Made by a program: the position numbers and the translations under genes. A DNA stretch of 64,000 bases from Sphingobium sp. (GTDB taxonomy: Bacteria > Pseudomonadota > Alphaproteobacteria > Sphingomonadales > Sphingomonadaceae): assembly GCA_017744605.1 (NCBI GenBank), contig JAGIAZ010000002.1:95373-159372 (forward strand), read 5' to 3'. How positions within the stretch are numbered: position 1 is the first letter of the stretch; each line of letters begins with the position of its first letter. The notes below the pieces were generated by a model. The model was not told the origin of the DNA, searched no databases, and saw nothing but the letters and a program-made list of their open reading frames with translations. Positions 10,482 through 19,481 of this stretch are shown here, in pieces.

Positions 10482-11264
10482 ATGGATTGGGTCCACGGAC
10501 TGTCGGGTTTCCTGGTGGGCGCACTGGTCGGCATGACCGGCGTGGGCGGCGGTTCGCTGATGGCGCCGATCCTGATCCTGTTGCTCGGCGTATCGGCACC
10601 CACCGCCGTCGGCACCGATCTCTGGTTCGCCGCGATCACAAAGACCGTCGGCAGCGGTGTCCATCACTCGCTCGGCCAGCCCGATTGGCAAGTGGTGAGG
10701 CGACTCGCTTATGGCAGCATCCCCGCGAGTATCGTCACCAGCCTTGTCCTTTCGCAGATGGACATGGACCCCATCAAGCGCGGACTCATCGTCAACGCGC
10801 TCGGCCTGCTCCTGATCGTGACGGCGATCGCGACGCTCGGCTGGGGCAAAATCCAGCAATATGCCATGCGCTTCGATCCCGATTCGGCGACGGCGTACAC
10901 GCGGCGCCAGCCGGCGTTCACGGTGGCGGCGGGTGTCGTGCTCGGTGTGCTCGTGACCCTGACCTCGATCGGCGCGGGCGCGCTTGGCGCGGCGATGCTC
11001 ATCGCGCTCTATCCGCTCCGCATGACGGCCAAGCGCCTCGTGGGGACCGACATCGTTCACGCGGTGCCGCTCACGGTGGTCGCAGGCCTGGGGCATCTGT
11101 GGATGGGCAATGTCGACTTTCCCCTGTTGGGTTCGCTGCTCGTCGGCTCGATCCCCGGCATCATCATCGGGTCGCTGCTCGCCACCCGGTTCGCGAGCGG
11201 CTGGATCAGGCCCGTCCTTGCCGTGGTCTTGGCCATCAGCGGTATCAAGATGCTGCTGAACTGA
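10482..11264 (+). CDS. TauE/SafE family sulfite exporter
   Basis: GMTGVGGGSLMAP, AVGTDL, LVGTDIVHAVPL; multi-TM. Confidence 0.9.
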   Translation: MDWVHGLSGFLVGALVGMTGVGGGSLMAPILILLLGVSAPTAVGTDLWFAAITKTVGSGVHHSLGQPDWQVVRRLAYGSIPASIVTSLVLSQMDMDPIKRGLIVNALGLLLIVTAIATLGWGKIQQYAMRFDPDSATAYTRRQPAFTVAAGVVLGVLVTLTSIGAGALGAAMLIALYPLRMTAKRLVGTDIVHAVPLTVVAGLGHLWMGNVDFPLLGSLLVGSIPGIIIGSLLATRFASGWIRPVLAVVLAISGIKMLLN

Positions 11265-11776
11265 TGGCCCGCTATGCCGCCCTGCTCCGCGCCGTGAACG
11301 TGGGCGGGACCGGCAAGCTCCCCATGGCAGACCTGAAGCGCATGGGCGAGGAGGCCGGCTTCGAGGCTGTCGCCACCTATATCGCCAGCGGCAATCTCAT
11401 CTTTCGTAGCGACAAGAGCGAGAGCGCGGTGCGCAAGGCGCTGGAGGAAAAGCTCGCGGCCTATGCCGGCAAGCGCGTCACCGTCCATGTCCGGACCGCC
11501 GAGGAACTGGCGGCGCTGGCGAGACGCAATCCCTTCGCCCATTGCCCGCCCAACCGGGTCATCGCGATACTGATCGAGAAGGCGCCGCCCGCCGATACGC
11601 TCGAAGGGGTGACGGGCCAGGGGGAAGAGGAGATCGCTTTGGGCGAGCGTGAGATTTTCGTCCACTATGGCGAAGGTCAGGCGAACTCGAAGCTGCGCAT
11701 CCCCGCCGCCTCCGACGGCACAGGCCGCAATATGAACACCATCGCCAAACTCGCGGCGCTCACCGCAAAGATCTAG
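11264..11776 (+). CDS. DUF1697 domain protein
   Basis: YAALLRAVNVGG, TYIASGN, TGRNMNT; TGATG overlap with tauE. Confidence 0.88.
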   Translation: MARYAALLRAVNVGGTGKLPMADLKRMGEEAGFEAVATYIASGNLIFRSDKSESAVRKALEEKLAAYAGKRVTVHVRTAEELAALARRNPFAHCPPNRVIAILIEKAPPADTLEGVTGQGEEEIALGEREIFVHYGEGQANSKLRIPAASDGTGRNMNTIAKLAALTAKI

Positions 11777-12747
11777 TGGATGGCGCAGAGTTTTTCCCGG
11801 GCCGCCGCATAGTCCCGGGCGAGCCGCTCGATCAGCGTGGGCGCCGGCACCACATCGTGCACCGCGCCGATGCCCTGGCCCGCGCCCCAGATGTCGCGCC
11901 ACGCCTTGGCCTGGCTTGCCGCACCGAAGTCCATCTTGTCGGGCGTACCCGTGGGCAGATGATCCGGATCGAAACCCTGGGCCGCAATGGAAGCGCGGAG
12001 ATAGTTGCCGGGCACGCCGGTGAAATAGCTCGAATAGACGATATCGGCGGCGGTCCCGTCCACGATCGCCTGCTTCTGTGCATCGGTGGCGCGTGCCTCC
12101 GCGGTCGCGATGAAGGGCGAGCCGATATAGGCGAAGTCTGCCCCCATGGCCTGCGCCGCAAGAATGCCCGCCCCGGTCGAGATGGCCCCGCCAAGCGCGA
12201 TCGGGCCGTCATACCAGGCTCGGGTCTCGCTCATGAGCGCAAAGGGCGATTGCGCGCCGGCATGGCCGCCTGCGCCTGCCGCCACGAGAATGAGACCGTC
12301 CGCGCCTTTCTCGATCGCCTTGTGGGCGAAGCGCTGGTTGATGACGTCATGAAGGACGAGGCCGCCCCAGCCATGCACCGCAGCGTTCACCTCGGGATTG
12401 GCGCCGAGCGACGTGATGATCAGCGGCACCTTGAACCGCGCGCAGATGGCCAGATCCTCCTGCAGCCGCGTGTTCGACTTGTGGATGATGAGATTGACCG
12501 CATAGTGCGCCGCCGGACGATCGGGATTTGCGTCGTCATGGGCTGCCAGCGCCTGCGTGATCCTGGTCAGCCAGTCCACGAGATGCTCGCCGCTGCCGGG
12601 CGCACCGCGTGCATTGAGCGACGGCATTGCGCCGATGATGCCGGCTTTGCACTGGGCAATGACGAGATCGGGATTGGAGATGATGAACAGCGGCGCGCCG
12701 ATGACCGGCAGCACAAGGCCACGCTGAAGCTGCGACGGAATCGCCAC
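11773..12747 (-). CDS. Nitronate monooxygenase / 2-nitropropane dioxygenase family flavoprotein
   Basis: PVIGAPLFIIS, AGAGGHAG, AYIGSPFIAT, IWGAGQG; GTG start with GGAGA RBS. Confidence 0.88.
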   Translation of the reverse strand: MAIPSQLQRGLVLPVIGAPLFIISNPDLVIAQCKAGIIGAMPSLNARGAPGSGEHLVDWLTRITQALAAHDDANPDRPAAHYAVNLIIHKSNTRLQEDLAICARFKVPLIITSLGANPEVNAAVHGWGGLVLHDVINQRFAHKAIEKGADGLILVAAGAGGHAGAQSPFALMSETRAWYDGPIALGGAISTGAGILAAQAMGADFAYIGSPFIATAEARATDAQKQAIVDGTAADIVYSSYFTGVPGNYLRASIAAQGFDPDHLPTGTPDKMDFGAASQAKAWRDIWGAGQGIGAVHDVVPAPTLIERLARDYAAAREKLCAIH

Positions 12748-12878
12748 CTTTTCTCTCCCAGGGAAGGAGAGGAGCAGTCTCATGCTCTTCCGTAAACGTC
12801 AATCTATCGCGGGCGTTACCAACCTGTTTACCAAGTTCCACTACGCTCCGCGAAACGACAGGGGATAGGCGGCATCAT

Positions 12879-13439
12879 ATGGGAATGGCAGGCACGCTCG
12901 GGATGAATTGGCTGGACCGGTTCGGTGGCTGGCGGCGACGCAGCGCTGCCGTGCGCGCGCCCATCATGGCCAGCCGCGACTTGCCGCCGCTCGATCCGGT
13001 CACCTTGCTTGAGCTGCCGCGCTCGCCGGAACCGCTGCCCGATGACGCCCTGGTTTTTGCGCGCGGTGCCGCGCAGCGCGTCGCGCGCTCGATGCCGCAA
13101 ACGAGCGATGACGATCGGACCGAAACCCGCGCGCCGCTTTCCATAGCCGAGGGCGCCGATCTTCGCGCCTTGCTCGAGCGCGTGCAGCGATCGAGCCGCC
13201 GCCGCGAGGTTCTCGACCAGACGACTCAAGCGCGTACGCGAATCGTCGAGCAGCTGAGCGCCGGCAAGGCTGGAGCCCACCCGACGCTGCATCTCGTCGG
13301 TGATCAGCCATTGTCGTCGGAGCGGACCGCCGTGGTGAACGACCAGGCCGATGAAACCGATCTGGATCGGGCGCTCGAGAAGGCGCTCGCCAGCGCGCTC
13401 GGCACATTGCGGCAGATCAGCGCGCTTTCGAAGCGCTGA
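12879..13439 (+). CDS. Hypothetical protein
   Basis: 186-aa ORF filling the gap; helical C-terminus LDRALEKALASALGTLRQ; start uncertain. Confidence 0.55.
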   Translation: MGMAGTLGMNWLDRFGGWRRRSAAVRAPIMASRDLPPLDPVTLLELPRSPEPLPDDALVFARGAAQRVARSMPQTSDDDRTETRAPLSIAEGADLRALLERVQRSSRRREVLDQTTQARTRIVEQLSAGKAGAHPTLHLVGDQPLSSERTAVVNDQADETDLDRALEKALASALGTLRQISALSKR

Positions 13440-13445
13440 ACCCGC

Positions 13446-13847
13446 TCACCAGTCCTCGATCGTGAGGATGGCGAGACTCATGACCATCGTTCCATCCTCT
13501 TGCGGCGTGACCGCATCGACCACGACGTCTGCAACAATATGGCCGGGGATCGTCAGCTCGGTTTCCGGCAGATCGCGGACGAGCTGATCGGCGCGGCTAT
13601 GCGCGCTCTTACCCGCGATGCGCAACGTGAAGCGATGCTGTGCGCCCAGGAAAGTGGCGCTGCACCAGGGCCGAAAGCCGGCATCGTCGATACTCGCCTC
13701 TCCGGCCAGCGCCAGGAGGGCGGCGATGAGGCGGCCATGGCAATCGCGCCGTTGAGCTCTCGGTGTCGAGGGACGGATCTGTTCGGTTGGGCGGCGCAGG
13801 ATACGCAGGCGGCGGCGCGGAGCGGCGAGCGCGGCCGGGCTCATCAT
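13446..13847 (-). CDS. Conserved hypothetical protein
   Basis: PWCSATFLGAQH..LPETELTIPGHIVADV..LTIED; ATGA overlap with the upstream small HTH gene. Confidence 0.7.
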   Translation of the reverse strand: MMSPAALAAPRRRLRILRRPTEQIRPSTPRAQRRDCHGRLIAALLALAGEASIDDAGFRPWCSATFLGAQHRFTLRIAGKSAHSRADQLVRDLPETELTIPGHIVADVVVDAVTPQEDGTMVMSLAILTIEDW

Positions 13848-14032
13848 GCTGCCCGCTGCTGTTTGGAAATGTTCATGAAGTGTTCTATACGTCGCGCGAC
13901 GCGTTCCGAGAGCTGCCGGCCATTGCGCAGATCGAAAACCAACCGGGGATCGCGCACCGCCTGCCGGCCGAATGCGGTCGGCGCCATGCCGGTCTGCTTC
14001 AGATATCGTTCGATGCTGCGCAATGTGGACAT
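13844..14032 (-). CDS. Small Cro-like HTH protein (62 aa)
   Basis: IERYLKQTGMAPTAFGRQAVRDPRLVFDLRNGR; GGAG RBS; divergent from the S24 repressor. Confidence 0.75.
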   Translation of the reverse strand: MSTLRSIERYLKQTGMAPTAFGRQAVRDPRLVFDLRNGRQLSERVARRIEHFMNISKQQRAA

Positions 14033-14077
14033 GATTTTTCTGGCTCCCTGTTGCGGCTCAGTGAATGATTCGGTGGA

Positions 14078-14130
14078 TAGGATTTCTCCTACAAACTATG
14101 CGAAATCCTACATGTCTAGGAGAAGTCCTA
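14078..14130. promoter_or_regulatory. Three tandem operator-like boxes, TAGGA-N4-TCCTA
   Basis: 14078-14091 TAGGAtttcTCCTA; 14097-14110 TATGCgaaaTCCTA (degenerate); 14117-14130 TAGGAgaagTCCTA. Confidence 0.75.
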
Positions 14131-14147
14131 TCACTCTGGAGTCCGAT

Positions 14148-14825
14148 ATGGATGGAAGCGATGCGAGAGCGAATCTCGACCGGCTGATCCGCGAACGCGG
14201 CGAAAACTACGGCGCCGTCTCGCGGCTGCTCGGGCGCAATGTCGCGTATATCCAGCAGTTCGTGAAACGCGGGACGCCGCGCAAGCTGGACGAAGCGGAC
14301 CGGCGCCTGCTCGCGCGTCACTTCGGCGTCGATGAGCGGCTGCTGGGGGCGGCGGATGCCGATGTCGCGGCACCGGTGGCGACATCGCACCTGCGCGACA
14401 GGGAGCGCGAGTTCAGCGTCGTGCCGCGCCTCGAGTTCGGTGCATCGGCAGGAGCAGGCGCATTGGAGCGGGATGAGGCAGTGGCGGGCGCGCTGGCGTT
14501 CGATCCGCGCTGGCTGCGCGCGCTCGGCGTCCGGCAGGATATGCTGTCCATCATCCGCGTCGCGGGCGAAGCCATGGCGCCGACATTGAGCGACGGCGAC
14601 GACATCATGGTCGATCGCAGCGATGCCGCAACGCGGCTGCGCGACGGCATCTATGTGCTCCGCATGGACGATGCGCTGATGGTGAAGCGGCTGGCCTTGA
14701 CGCCGAGGCGCGGACATGTCTCCATCCGCAGCGACAATCCGCTTTACCCCGCCTTTGAAGATGTTGCGCTCAAGGACATCGCCCTGGTCGGTCGGGTGAT
14801 CTGGGCCGGCCGCCGGGTCGGTTGA
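14148..14825 (+). CDS. CI/LexA-like repressor (N-terminal HTH plus peptidase S24 domain)
   Basis: SRLLGRNVAYIQQFVKRGTP HTH; ASAGAG; VAGEAMAPTLSDGD; VKRL; SDNPLY; GRVIW; GGAG RBS. Confidence 0.88.
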   Translation: MDGSDARANLDRLIRERGENYGAVSRLLGRNVAYIQQFVKRGTPRKLDEADRRLLARHFGVDERLLGAADADVAAPVATSHLRDREREFSVVPRLEFGASAGAGALERDEAVAGALAFDPRWLRALGVRQDMLSIIRVAGEAMAPTLSDGDDIMVDRSDAATRLRDGIYVLRMDDALMVKRLALTPRRGHVSIRSDNPLYPAFEDVALKDIALVGRVIWAGRRVG

Positions 14826-14866
14826 CGGGGCATTGCTGCACGATTGCCGCAGCGTGCCCGTGGGAT

Positions 14867-15640
14867 CTACTCGTCCCGCCTGGTCGGTATGGTGGCTTTC
14901 GCTTCATTGGGGCGGCGCATGCGGCAAGGCACGATCTGGCTCGGCTCGGCCGGCTTGCCGGCTCCCGCGACGAAGCGAGCGAGATAGCCGCCTGATTGCG
15001 GACGCCGCGCGATGGCGATCTGGACGAAGCCGATTGCTGCAAATTCGCAGCGCAGCAATTCGGGCGGCGTACCATGATGGTCGGTCGGCCGGTCGCTCTC
15101 CAGCACGATCACTTCGCCCTTGGCCTTGAGGGCCGGATAGAGATACCAGAGGAAGGCGTAGGGCTCGGCGATCTCATGATACATGTGCACCATGAACACC
15201 CGGTCGAAACTGGCCTCGGGTAGCTTGGGATTCTCCGGCGTGCCGAGCTTGACGCTGACATTGGCCCAATTCTCGCGGGTGACGCGCCGGCCGAGCGCAT
15301 CGATGACTTCCGCCAGGATATCCTCGGCAAGCACGCGACCGTGCGGGCCGACGCGCTTGGCGAGCCGCACGGTATAATAGCCTTCGCCCGCGCCGATATC
15401 CGCCACGGTCATGTTGGGCCTCACGCCCGCCCAGTTCATCACCTGATCGGCTTCGTGGAGCCGGTCGCGGGCTTCCTCAGTGGCCCAGCGCGTCGAGATG
15501 ATCGGGGCGACGGGGCGGTCGGCCCGCGGGAAGCCACGCGCTTCGGCGGGCCGGTTGTCGGGCGTCGCGCTCATCCGGTCGCAGCCGGACAGCGCGAAGG
15601 CCGCAAGGGACGCCAGCAGTGCCGCGCCCACAAGACGCAT
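14867..15640 (-). CDS. Class I SAM-dependent methyltransferase, probable lipoprotein
   Basis: LSGC lipobox, VADIGAGEGY, HMYHEI. Confidence 0.8.
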   Translation of the reverse strand: MRLVGAALLASLAAFALSGCDRMSATPDNRPAEARGFPRADRPVAPIISTRWATEEARDRLHEADQVMNWAGVRPNMTVADIGAGEGYYTVRLAKRVGPHGRVLAEDILAEVIDALGRRVTRENWANVSVKLGTPENPKLPEASFDRVFMVHMYHEIAEPYAFLWYLYPALKAKGEVIVLESDRPTDHHGTPPELLRCEFAAIGFVQIAIARRPQSGGYLARFVAGAGKPAEPSQIVPCRMRRPNEAKATIPTRRDE

Positions 15641-16767
15641 CAGTCGACATCCTCTATGTCGACCTTCTCGCCGGTCACGCGCTGGCTGAGCGCGGCGGCC
15701 ATGAAGGGGTCGAGCGCGCCGTCGAGCACGTCGTCCGGTGCGGTCGAGGTCACCCCGGTACGCAGGTCCTTCACCAGCTGATAGGGCTGGAGGACATAGG
15801 ACCGGATCTGGTGGCCCCAGCCGATCTCGGTCTTCGCGGCATATTCGCCCGCCGTCACGGCTTCGCGCTTGGCGAGCTCGGCTTCGTAGAGCCGGGCCTT
15901 CAGCATGTTCATCGCGGTCGCGCGGTTCTTGTGCTGCGAGCGGTCGTTCTGGCTGGCGACGATGATGCCCGACGGCACGTGGGTGATGCGCACGGCCGAG
16001 TCGGTCGTGTTGACGTGCTGGCCGCCGGCGCCCGACGCACGATAGGTGTCGATCTTGAGGTCGGCGGGATTGATGTCGATGTCGATATCGTCGTCGATCA
16101 CCGGATAGACCCAGACCGAGCTGAACGACGTGTGACGCCGCGCCGAGCTGTCATAGGGCGAGATGCGCACCAGCCGGTGCACGCCGCTTTCGGTCTTGGC
16201 GTAGCCATAGGCATTCTCGCCCTTGAGCAGCAGCGTCGCCGATTTGATGCCCGCCTGCTCGCCGGCCTGATATTCGATGAGCTCGACCTTCATGCCGCGC
16301 TTCTCGGCCCAGCGCTGGTACATGCGCTGCAGCATCTCGGCCCAGTCCTGGCTCTCGGTGCCGCCGGCGCCCGCATGGATTTCGAGATAGGTATCGTTGC
16401 CGTCCGCCTCGCCCGACAGCAGAGCGGAGACCTTGTCCCTGTCCGCCTTTTCCGCGAGCGCGGCGAGGCTTGCCAGACCTTCGGCGACGAGTTCGTCGTC
16501 ACCCTCGGCCTCGGCCAGTTCGATCAGCTCGACGGTATCGTTCATGTCGCGCTCGATGGCGCGCGTCGCGGCGATTGCGGTATCGAGCCGCGTGCGCTCG
16601 CGCATCACCTCCTGCGCCTGCTTCTGGTCGTTCCAAAGCGTGGGGTCCTCGACGCGCGCGTTGAGCTCGTCGAGCCTGCGCAGCGCCTTGTCCCAGTCGA
16701 GGAAGCGCCGCAGCAGCGCGAGCGCGGCCTGGATATGGTCGACATGGGCTTGCGCTTCGGCGCGCAT
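15640..16767 (-). CDS. prfB: Peptide chain release factor 2 (uninterrupted ORF)
   Basis: [31 protein letters not shown]. Confidence 0.97.
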   Translation of the reverse strand: MRAEAQAHVDHIQAALALLRRFLDWDKALRRLDELNARVEDPTLWNDQKQAQEVMRERTRLDTAIAATRAIERDMNDTVELIELAEAEGDDELVAEGLASLAALAEKADRDKVSALLSGEADGNDTYLEIHAGAGGTESQDWAEMLQRMYQRWAEKRGMKVELIEYQAGEQAGIKSATLLLKGENAYGYAKTESGVHRLVRISPYDSSARRHTSFSSVWVYPVIDDDIDIDINPADLKIDTYRASGAGGQHVNTTDSAVRITHVPSGIIVASQNDRSQHKNRATAMNMLKARLYEAELAKREAVTAGEYAAKTEIGWGHQIRSYVLQPYQLVKDLRTGVTSTAPDDVLDGALDPFMAAALSQRVTGEKVDIEDVD

Positions 16768-16897
16768 GGAAAATCTCCGTCAGATGCTGCGATGCCCATA
16801 TAGGGCCAAGCGCCGCCCGATGCGATGCCGCATCGAGAAGGTCAAGTGGCGCGGCCGAGACTCGCGCGGAATCGCCGGCAGGAGCCGCGCGGATCGC

Positions 16898-19411
16898 CTA
16901 GTAAATTCCGCCCTGTTCGCCGGCGAAGTCGCGGCTCTGCTCGGCGGCGCGGGCGCGCTCGGCAGCGAGGCGGGCGCCTTCCTCGTCGGGTTTCACTTCC
17001 TCGCTGCGGATCGAGCGGCGCGGCTCGCTCTCGGGCTTGAACGCTTCCCAGATGATCGCGGAGAGCGGATCCTCCGCCGGCCAGCCGCCGCCGAAGATGC
17101 GTTTGCCCGTCTGGCGTTCGATGCGCACCATGCGAATGCCGGGCGGCGCGAAGAAGGGCGTCTTGGGCATGTCCTTGATGATCGGTTCCATCGCCTCGCG
17201 CCAGATCGGCACCGCGATGGTCGAGCCCTGGGCATAGCCGCCCAGCGTCCGGGGCTGGTCATAGCCGATATAGAGGCCTGCCACGATGTGGGGCGTGCCG
17301 CCCATGAACCAGACATTGGTCGGGCCGTTGCTCGTGCCGGTCTTGCCGAATAGCGGCCGGTTCATGTCGCGCAGGCGCACCGCCGTGCCGCGCTGGATGA
17401 CGCCCTCGGCGATGTGGACGACCTGATAGGCGGTCATCGGGTTCATCAGCTGCTTGCCGGTCGGCGTGAAGCGCGGCATCGGCTTGCCGTCCCAGTCGGG
17501 CATCGCGCAATTCTGGCAAGGCCGCCAATTGGCCGGCCAGATCACCTTGCCGTTCCGGTCCTGCACATAGTCCATGAGCTTCGGCGATACGGCCCGGCCA
17601 TGATTGGCGAGCACGGCATAGGCGTTGACCATGCGCTCGACGGTCGTCTCGCCCGCGCCCAGAGAATTGGCGAGATAGGGCGGATAATTGCCGATGCCCA
17701 TGTCGCTGATCGTCTTGACCACGCGCGGCATGCCGATCTGTGCGGCCGTGCGCACGGTCATGAGGTTGCGCGATTGCTCGACGCCCCAGCGCATGGTGTG
17801 CGGACCCGATCCGCCCCTATTGTCGAAATTCTTGAAGCATTTCTGCCCCAGATTGGCGCCCTGGAAGACGCAGAACGGCCCGTCGATGATGATCGAGGCG
17901 GGGGTCATGCCGCTGTCGAGCGCGGCGGCGTAGACGAAGGGCTTGATGGTGGAGCCAGGCTGGCGCTCCGCCTGTGTGACGCGGTTATAGGAGGAGAGGC
18001 GGGCGTCGAAGCCGCCCTGCATGGCGTAGACGCGGCCATTGTGCACGCCCTCGATCATCATGCCGCCCGAGACAGCGGGAATGCTGCGCAGCACGAAGCT
18101 GTCGCCGTCCTTCTTCACCGCGATCACGTCGCCGGGCTGCAGCATGCTGAAAGCCGACGTGGCCGTGCCGCGCCGGGGCATTTGCGCACCCGACGCCGGG
18201 AGGACGCCGCGTTGCCCGTCGACGAAGCCGATCGTCGCCGCGCCGCCGCTCTTCTCGATCACTACCGCAATGCTCCATTCCTCGAAGTCGAGGCCGAGAT
18301 TCGAGGCGGCGAGTTCGCTCTGCCATTTCGCGACATCGATGCGGCGGATCGGACCGGTCCAGCCACGGCCGCCGTCATAGCGCAGCAGGCCGTTGCGCAG
18401 GGCCTTGGTGGTGAGCTCCTGCATCTTCGGGTCGATCGGCGAGCGCACCCAGAGTCCGCCGGCATAGACGCTATTCGGCCCGTCTTCGGCATTCTCGCCG
18501 AACAGCTGGATCAGCCGCCGGCGGATTTCCTCGGTATAATAGCCGCCGATGCGCTGGTAGCTGGTGCCGCGCATCGCCACCGTACCGAGCGGCTGGGCGA
18601 CCGCCTGGTCATGCTGGGCCTGGGTGATGAAATCATTCTTGAGCATCTCGCCCAGCACCCAGTTCCGACGCTCCAGTGCCCGGTCCATGTGGACCTCGGG
18701 GCGATAGTTGCTCGGACCCTTGGGCAGGATGGCGAGATAGGCGGCCTCGTGAAGCTGGAGCTGGCCGACATCCTTGTCGAAATAGGCACGCGCGGCCGCC
18801 TGCACGCCATAGGCATTCCGGCCCAGGAAGATCTGGTTGAGATAGAGCTCCAGGATCTGCTGCTTGGTCAGCACGCCTTCCATGCGCCATGCCAGGACCG
18901 CTTCCTTGAGCTTGCGCGAATAGCTGACCTCGTTGCCGACGAGGAGATTCTTGGCGACCTGCTGGGTGATGGTCGAGGTGCCGCGGGGTGTCGACCCGCT
19001 CATCACGCCTCCCGCAGCGGCGCGGACCAGGCCGGGGAAGTCGAGTCCGTGATGGCTGAAGAAGGTTTTGTCCTCGGCCGACAGATAGGCGTTCACCAGG
19101 ACCTTCGGATAATCGCTGTACTGCAGTTGCACGCGCCGCTCGCGCGCATAGCTGTAGACCGGCTCGCCATTGACGTCGCGCACGACGGTGGGCAGCGGCG
19201 GCTGGTAGTCGAGCAATGTGCGGGCGTCGGGCAGGCTGCGCGCGAACAGCAGCCAGAAGAGGAAATAGAGGACGAGCAGCCCGCCCGCCGCGATGGTCAG
19301 CCAGCGCCAGCGCCGTCGGCTCCACAGTGAACGGAAACGGTCCCGTGCCGCGGCAATCAGGTCATGGCGCCGAAGGATGATCCGCGTGGGTCCACTGGTC
19401 GGCTCGTTCAT
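16898..19411 (-). CDS. mrcA: Penicillin-binding protein 1A
   Basis: AEDKTF, STITQQVAKN, RKLKE, PGSTIKP (SxxK), SRN, KTGT. Confidence 0.95.
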   Translation of the reverse strand: MNEPTSGPTRIILRRHDLIAAARDRFRSLWSRRRWRWLTIAAGGLLVLYFLFWLLFARSLPDARTLLDYQPPLPTVVRDVNGEPVYSYARERRVQLQYSDYPKVLVNAYLSAEDKTFFSHHGLDFPGLVRAAAGGVMSGSTPRGTSTITQQVAKNLLVGNEVSYSRKLKEAVLAWRMEGVLTKQQILELYLNQIFLGRNAYGVQAAARAYFDKDVGQLQLHEAAYLAILPKGPSNYRPEVHMDRALERRNWVLGEMLKNDFITQAQHDQAVAQPLGTVAMRGTSYQRIGGYYTEEIRRRLIQLFGENAEDGPNSVYAGGLWVRSPIDPKMQELTTKALRNGLLRYDGGRGWTGPIRRIDVAKWQSELAASNLGLDFEEWSIAVVIEKSGGAATIGFVDGQRGVLPASGAQMPRRGTATSAFSMLQPGDVIAVKKDGDSFVLRSIPAVSGGMMIEGVHNGRVYAMQGGFDARLSSYNRVTQAERQPGSTIKPFVYAAALDSGMTPASIIIDGPFCVFQGANLGQKCFKNFDNRGGSGPHTMRWGVEQSRNLMTVRTAAQIGMPRVVKTISDMGIGNYPPYLANSLGAGETTVERMVNAYAVLANHGRAVSPKLMDYVQDRNGKVIWPANWRPCQNCAMPDWDGKPMPRFTPTGKQLMNPMTAYQVVHIAEGVIQRGTAVRLRDMNRPLFGKTGTSNGPTNVWFMGGTPHIVAGLYIGYDQPRTLGGYAQGSTIAVPIWREAMEPIIKDMPKTPFFAPPGIRMVRIERQTGKRIFGGGWPAEDPLSAIIWEAFKPESEPRRSIRSEEVKPDEEGARLAAERARAAEQSRDFAGEQGGIY

Positions 19412-19481
19412 GCCAGCGCCCTAGCTCAGTATCGCGGGTGAGAAAACCGCTTTTGCGGTGAACGGCCACGCCACCATGCTG

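Noticed and set aside
13446-14825. Intact prophage
   Set aside because: No integrase, replication, structural or lysis genes and no att repeats seen; only the switch module is present
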